Shown here: positions 60,585 to 64,000 of the stretch, piece after piece
Position numbering within the stretch: the first letter of the stretch is position 1
Layout: each line of letters begins with the position of its first letter
Source: an uncultured Planctomycetaceae bacterium
GTDB lineage: Bacteria > Planctomycetota > Planctomycetia > Isosphaerales > Isosphaeraceae
Assembly: GCA_963833985.1 (NCBI GenBank)
Contig: CAWIAD010000002.1
Span: forward strand, 256,001 to 320,000
Direction of reading: 5' to 3'
Length of the DNA stretch: 64,000 nucleotides
Program-made: the position numbers and the translations under genes
Notes under the pieces: generated by a model
The model's input: the letters and a program-made list of their open reading frames with translations, nothing else
What the model was told of the DNA's origin: nothing
The model's database searches: none

Positions 60585-61778
60585 ATGACGACGACGCAAC
60601 CCTTTCGCATTGCAATCTTGCTCTGCCTGTTCGCACTTTCCACCACGGCGCTTCCCCGCGCGGAGGCCCAGCCCCCGAGGCGGCCGCGCACGCCCAACGA
60701 CACGCTCAAGTCGACCGAGGTCGCGGACGACCACAAGGTCACATTCCGCATTTACGCTCCGAAAGCGGACGAGGTTTCCGTGGGTGGAGACTTCGGCCCG
60801 GGCGGCAAGCTCACCAAGGACGAGCAGGGCGTCTGGTCGATCACCGTCGGTCCGCTCACGCCCGACTTCTACAGCTACACGTTCAACGTCGACGGCGTTC
60901 GCACGGTCGATCCCAAGAACCCGATGATCAAGCAGGGAATCGGCAGCCTGGACAGCATGTTCCTGGTCCCAGGCCCGGAGGCGGAGTTCGAGGAAGCCCG
61001 CGACGTGCCCCACGGCGAGATCCGCACCGCCTGGTACCACTCGGGCACGCTCGACGCCCAGCGCCGGCTACACATCTACACGCCGCCCGGCTATGAAGGC
61101 AGCTCGGAGAAATACCCGGTCTTCTACCTGCTTCACGGCGCCGGTGATGAGGACTCGGGCTGGAGCACGATCGGCCGGGCCGGGTTCATCATGGACAACC
61201 TGCTGGCCGCGAACAAGTGCAAGCCAATGCTGGTCGTCATGCCCAACGGCAGCCTGCCGCGTCCCGCGAACATGCCCCAGCGGCCTCCCGCGGGCACCAC
61301 GCCAACGCCGGAAGCACGTGCGGCCATGGAGGCGTTCCAGAACCGGTTCACCAACGAGCTGCTCAAGGAGATCGTCCCGTTCGTGGAGAAGAACTATCGC
61401 GTGCTCTCCGGCAAGGACAATCGTGCTCTCGCCGGCCTCTCCATGGGCGGAGGCCAGACCCTGCGCGTGCTGGCGACCCATCCGGATCAGTTCGCATATG
61501 TGGCGATCTTCAGCGCGGGGATCTTCGGCGGCAACGCCGAGGAATGGGAGAAGCAGAACGCCGAGTTCCTGAATAGCCCCGACACGGTCAACCACGCAGT
61601 CAAGCTGCTGTCGATCAGCATCGGCGACAAGGACTTCCTGGTGGATGCGACGAAGGCGCTGGAGAGTGTGCTCGACAAGCACAGCATCAAGCACGAGTCG
61701 CACACCAGTGGTGGCGGCCACACCTGGGTGAACTGGCGGCACTATCTGTACGACTTCGCGCCAAAGCTCTTCCAGTGA
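60585..61778 (+). CDS. Secreted CE1-type esterase with N-terminal Ig-like (CBM48-like) domain
   Basis: [29 protein letters not shown] and GGHTW. Confidence 0.9.
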   Translation: MTTTQPFRIAILLCLFALSTTALPRAEAQPPRRPRTPNDTLKSTEVADDHKVTFRIYAPKADEVSVGGDFGPGGKLTKDEQGVWSITVGPLTPDFYSYTFNVDGVRTVDPKNPMIKQGIGSLDSMFLVPGPEAEFEEARDVPHGEIRTAWYHSGTLDAQRRLHIYTPPGYEGSSEKYPVFYLLHGAGDEDSGWSTIGRAGFIMDNLLAANKCKPMLVVMPNGSLPRPANMPQRPPAGTTPTPEARAAMEAFQNRFTNELLKEIVPFVEKNYRVLSGKDNRALAGLSMGGGQTLRVLATHPDQFAYVAIFSAGIFGGNAEEWEKQNAEFLNSPDTVNHAVKLLSISIGDKDFLVDATKALESVLDKHSIKHESHTSGGGHTWVNWRHYLYDFAPKLFQ

Positions 61779-62096
61779 GTCCCGCTTGCCGCTGAGCAAG
61801 TGGGCCATCGGGCGTTCTCGAGCCGTCCGTCGCAGCCGCTTCCGGCGCTGCGGGCCCAGGCCAGACAGTGCCAGGGTCAGCACTGCCGGAAGCGCGCTAC
61901 GGGGCTTTTCATCATCGTTCCGGCCGTTGCTTTGTGAACGAGCGAGACAGAGAGGCAAAAAGACTTTTCATGCACGTGACCATTCGCCAGAATGATGCGG
62001 CCTTCAATTCGGATCCTGTCGTAGCGGCAGCCCATGAGGCGAGAACCACACGTCCTATACTGCGATCTGAGCAGGCAGGAAAGCGAGTGCCGATCC

Positions 62097-63428
62097 ATGG
62101 CGATTACGTTTCAGTGCGAGTGCGGAAAAAAACTGTCGGCACGGGATGACCTGGCGGGACGGTCAGTGCGCTGTCCGTCGTGTACACAGGTCTTGAAAGT
62201 GCCCACACCACCCGCGGATCGATCCGACGAGAGCGAGCCGATGTACGCCCTCGAAGAGCCGTTCGTCCCCGACCCGGTGCCATCGCCTGACGCCGGATCG
62301 CAACCACAGCCTACGTTTCAGACCGAGTTCAGGCCGTCCCCGGTTCACGAGCTCACGGCAGTGCCTGCTGGGAGTCAAGTCCGCCACTCGCTCCGGGAAT
62401 ACCTTTACCTGGCCATAGGATTGGCCCTGATTCCCCTGTTCATCTCCCTTTGGCCGTCCAGGCAAACGCCGATCGAGGAGCGACTCGAGGCGACCATGGA
62501 GCGGGCCGGCGAAGAGACGCTGGCGCGCATCAAGGCCCTCGAAACTCAGGGCGGAGTGGACCTTGACGACCTGCTCGCGGTCCTGCCGGAAGGGAAGATC
62601 GACGCTTCGGCGCACCTCCCCCGCGCCACCTGGGTTCACTGGATGTACGGAGCGATGGCCGCGGCCGGCTTCTGGGCCTTCGCCCTGTTCCTCTTTCCCG
62701 CAGAGAAGCGCACGCCGTATCACCTGCTGCTGGTCGGGCTGTTCACGGGGACCTGCGGCATCATCCTTTTGCTTGGGTTCCAGTACGCTGCTTCGGCGAC
62801 CCAGGGCGTCTGGCTGCGCGGCCGCGGCGTGGTCATGGTCCTGTTCTACCTGGTGAAGTTCATTGGCTGGTCGTACGCCTCGGCCAATGATCCCGATTCG
62901 AACCTGTTCCTGAGCCTGGTTGGCTTCACGTGCGGAGTCGGACTCTGCGAGGAGCTCTGCAAGGCCTTGCCCCTTCTGGGCTACTATCGCCGCGATGCCC
63001 GCATGGGCTGGCGCGGCGCCGCGCTCTGGGGCCTGGCCTCGGGTGCGGGTTTCGGCGTCGCCGAGGGCATCATGTATTCCTCCCGCTATTACAACGGCAT
63101 CTCGCCGGTGGATATGTACCTGGTGCGGTTTGTCTCCTGCGTGGCCTTGCACGCCATCTGGACGGCCTCCGTGGGCATCACCATGTGGCGCAGGCAAGAA
63201 ACCGTTCAGGGTGACCTGGACTGGACCAGCTATGCCCTGGCGATCCTCCAGATCATCGCCGTGCCGATGGTTCTCCACGGCATCTACGACACCTTGCTGA
63301 AGAAGGACATGGATCTCTGGGCGACCGCCGCCGGCGTGGCCACGTTCGCCTGGTTCGCCATCCAGGTCGAGATGGCGCACCATGGCGAACGGAATCCAGG
63401 CACCGAGCGACGTCTCGCCCTGCAATGA
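62097..63428 (+). CDS. PrsW family intramembrane protease with N-terminal zinc ribbon
   Basis: CECGK...CPSC; GLCEELCKA, GFGVAEG, HAIWT and HGIYD. Confidence 0.88.
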   Translation: MAITFQCECGKKLSARDDLAGRSVRCPSCTQVLKVPTPPADRSDESEPMYALEEPFVPDPVPSPDAGSQPQPTFQTEFRPSPVHELTAVPAGSQVRHSLREYLYLAIGLALIPLFISLWPSRQTPIEERLEATMERAGEETLARIKALETQGGVDLDDLLAVLPEGKIDASAHLPRATWVHWMYGAMAAAGFWAFALFLFPAEKRTPYHLLLVGLFTGTCGIILLLGFQYAASATQGVWLRGRGVVMVLFYLVKFIGWSYASANDPDSNLFLSLVGFTCGVGLCEELCKALPLLGYYRRDARMGWRGAALWGLASGAGFGVAEGIMYSSRYYNGISPVDMYLVRFVSCVALHAIWTASVGITMWRRQETVQGDLDWTSYALAILQIIAVPMVLHGIYDTLLKKDMDLWATAAGVATFAWFAIQVEMAHHGERNPGTERRLALQ

Positions 63429-63587
63429 GGCATGACGTCGCGACGGATCGTGGCGTCGTCCCCGGCCAGAGCACCAGTACCGCATACGGCGGTGTTCTGT
63501 CAACCCGGCATACCTGCATGGACCAGCTTGTCGGCGCAGCATGTATCGATTTGCATCACCAATGTTCCAGGTCCAGGGAGTCTCTTG

Positions 63588-64000
63588 ATGAAAGCTACGA
63601 TTTTTGGTCTCGTTCTCCTGGCCGCCTTTCCGGCCCTGTCTCAGACCACTCAGCCCGCGGCCGAGGACTTCAAACCGTCGTCACTGAACCAGCGCGGCAA
63701 GCAGTATCCGCAGGTCAACTCCGAGAGACGCGTCCGCGCCCGCGTCGTCGCGCCGCAGGCTCAGAGCGTGTTGCTCGATCTGGGCGGCGTCAAATACCCG
63801 CTCACCAAAGGCGGGGATGGTGCCTGGGCCGGTGTTTCGCGGCCGCAGGACGAAGGCTTCCACTACTACCAGCTCAGCATCGACGGCGCCTCGGTTCCGG
63901 ACCCCGGCAGCCTCTACTTCTACGGCGCCAGCCGGTGGGGCAGCGGCCTGGAAGTCCCCGCCAGGGACCAGGATTTCTATGCCCTGAAGGAAGTGCCTCA
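63588..64000 (+). CDS. Second CE1-type esterase, 5' part (runs off the window)
   Basis: MKATIFGLVLLAAFPALS...NQRGKQYPQVNSE...GFHYYQLSIDGASVPDPGS...WGSGLEVP. Not in the supplied ORF track because it has no stop in the window. Confidence 0.85.
   Translation, partial: MKATIFGLVLLAAFPALSQTTQPAAEDFKPSSLNQRGKQYPQVNSERRVRARVVAPQAQSVLLDLGGVKYPLTKGGDGAWAGVSRPQDEGFHYYQLSIDGASVPDPGSLYFYGASRWGSGLEVPARDQDFYALKEVP

Overview
High-GC bacterial DNA, most likely a planctomycete of the Isosphaeraceae/Singulisphaera type. This is inferred from five proteins with the RR..P..E.LE.R.L(L/V) N-terminal export motif, an ECF sigma/Ser-Thr kinase-WD40 pair and PEP-CTERM proteins. About 50 coding regions were found, and no rRNA, tRNA, CRISPR array, integrase or transposase was recognised. 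Housekeeping-type genes include mdh, eda, maa, a pseudouridine synthase, sppA, a DPP-IV peptidase and two ABC systems. About a dozen otherwise intact genes carry 1-2 nt frameshifts, probably long-read consensus errors; several were reconstructed by eye. Most interesting: (1) a transglutaminase-like gene, a stand-alone 'mini-Rhs' starting exactly at the Rhs core with a hidden Cys-His-Asp toxin domain, and a small two-TM candidate immunity gene (39-1976); (2) an orphan TolC-family gene followed by three tandem paralogous exported proteins of a family I cannot name (11742-15923); (3) an XPB-helicase/DUF790 pair split by an ~8.7 kb cargo block bounded by a degenerate 26-bp direct repeat of the DUF790 start; (4) a metzincin with Glu at the third zinc-ligand position facing a BsuPI-like inhibitor gene; (5) an RRM gene with a structured AT-rich leader followed by an ASCH/DUF3850-like ORF. 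All family calls come from motif recognition, not database searches.
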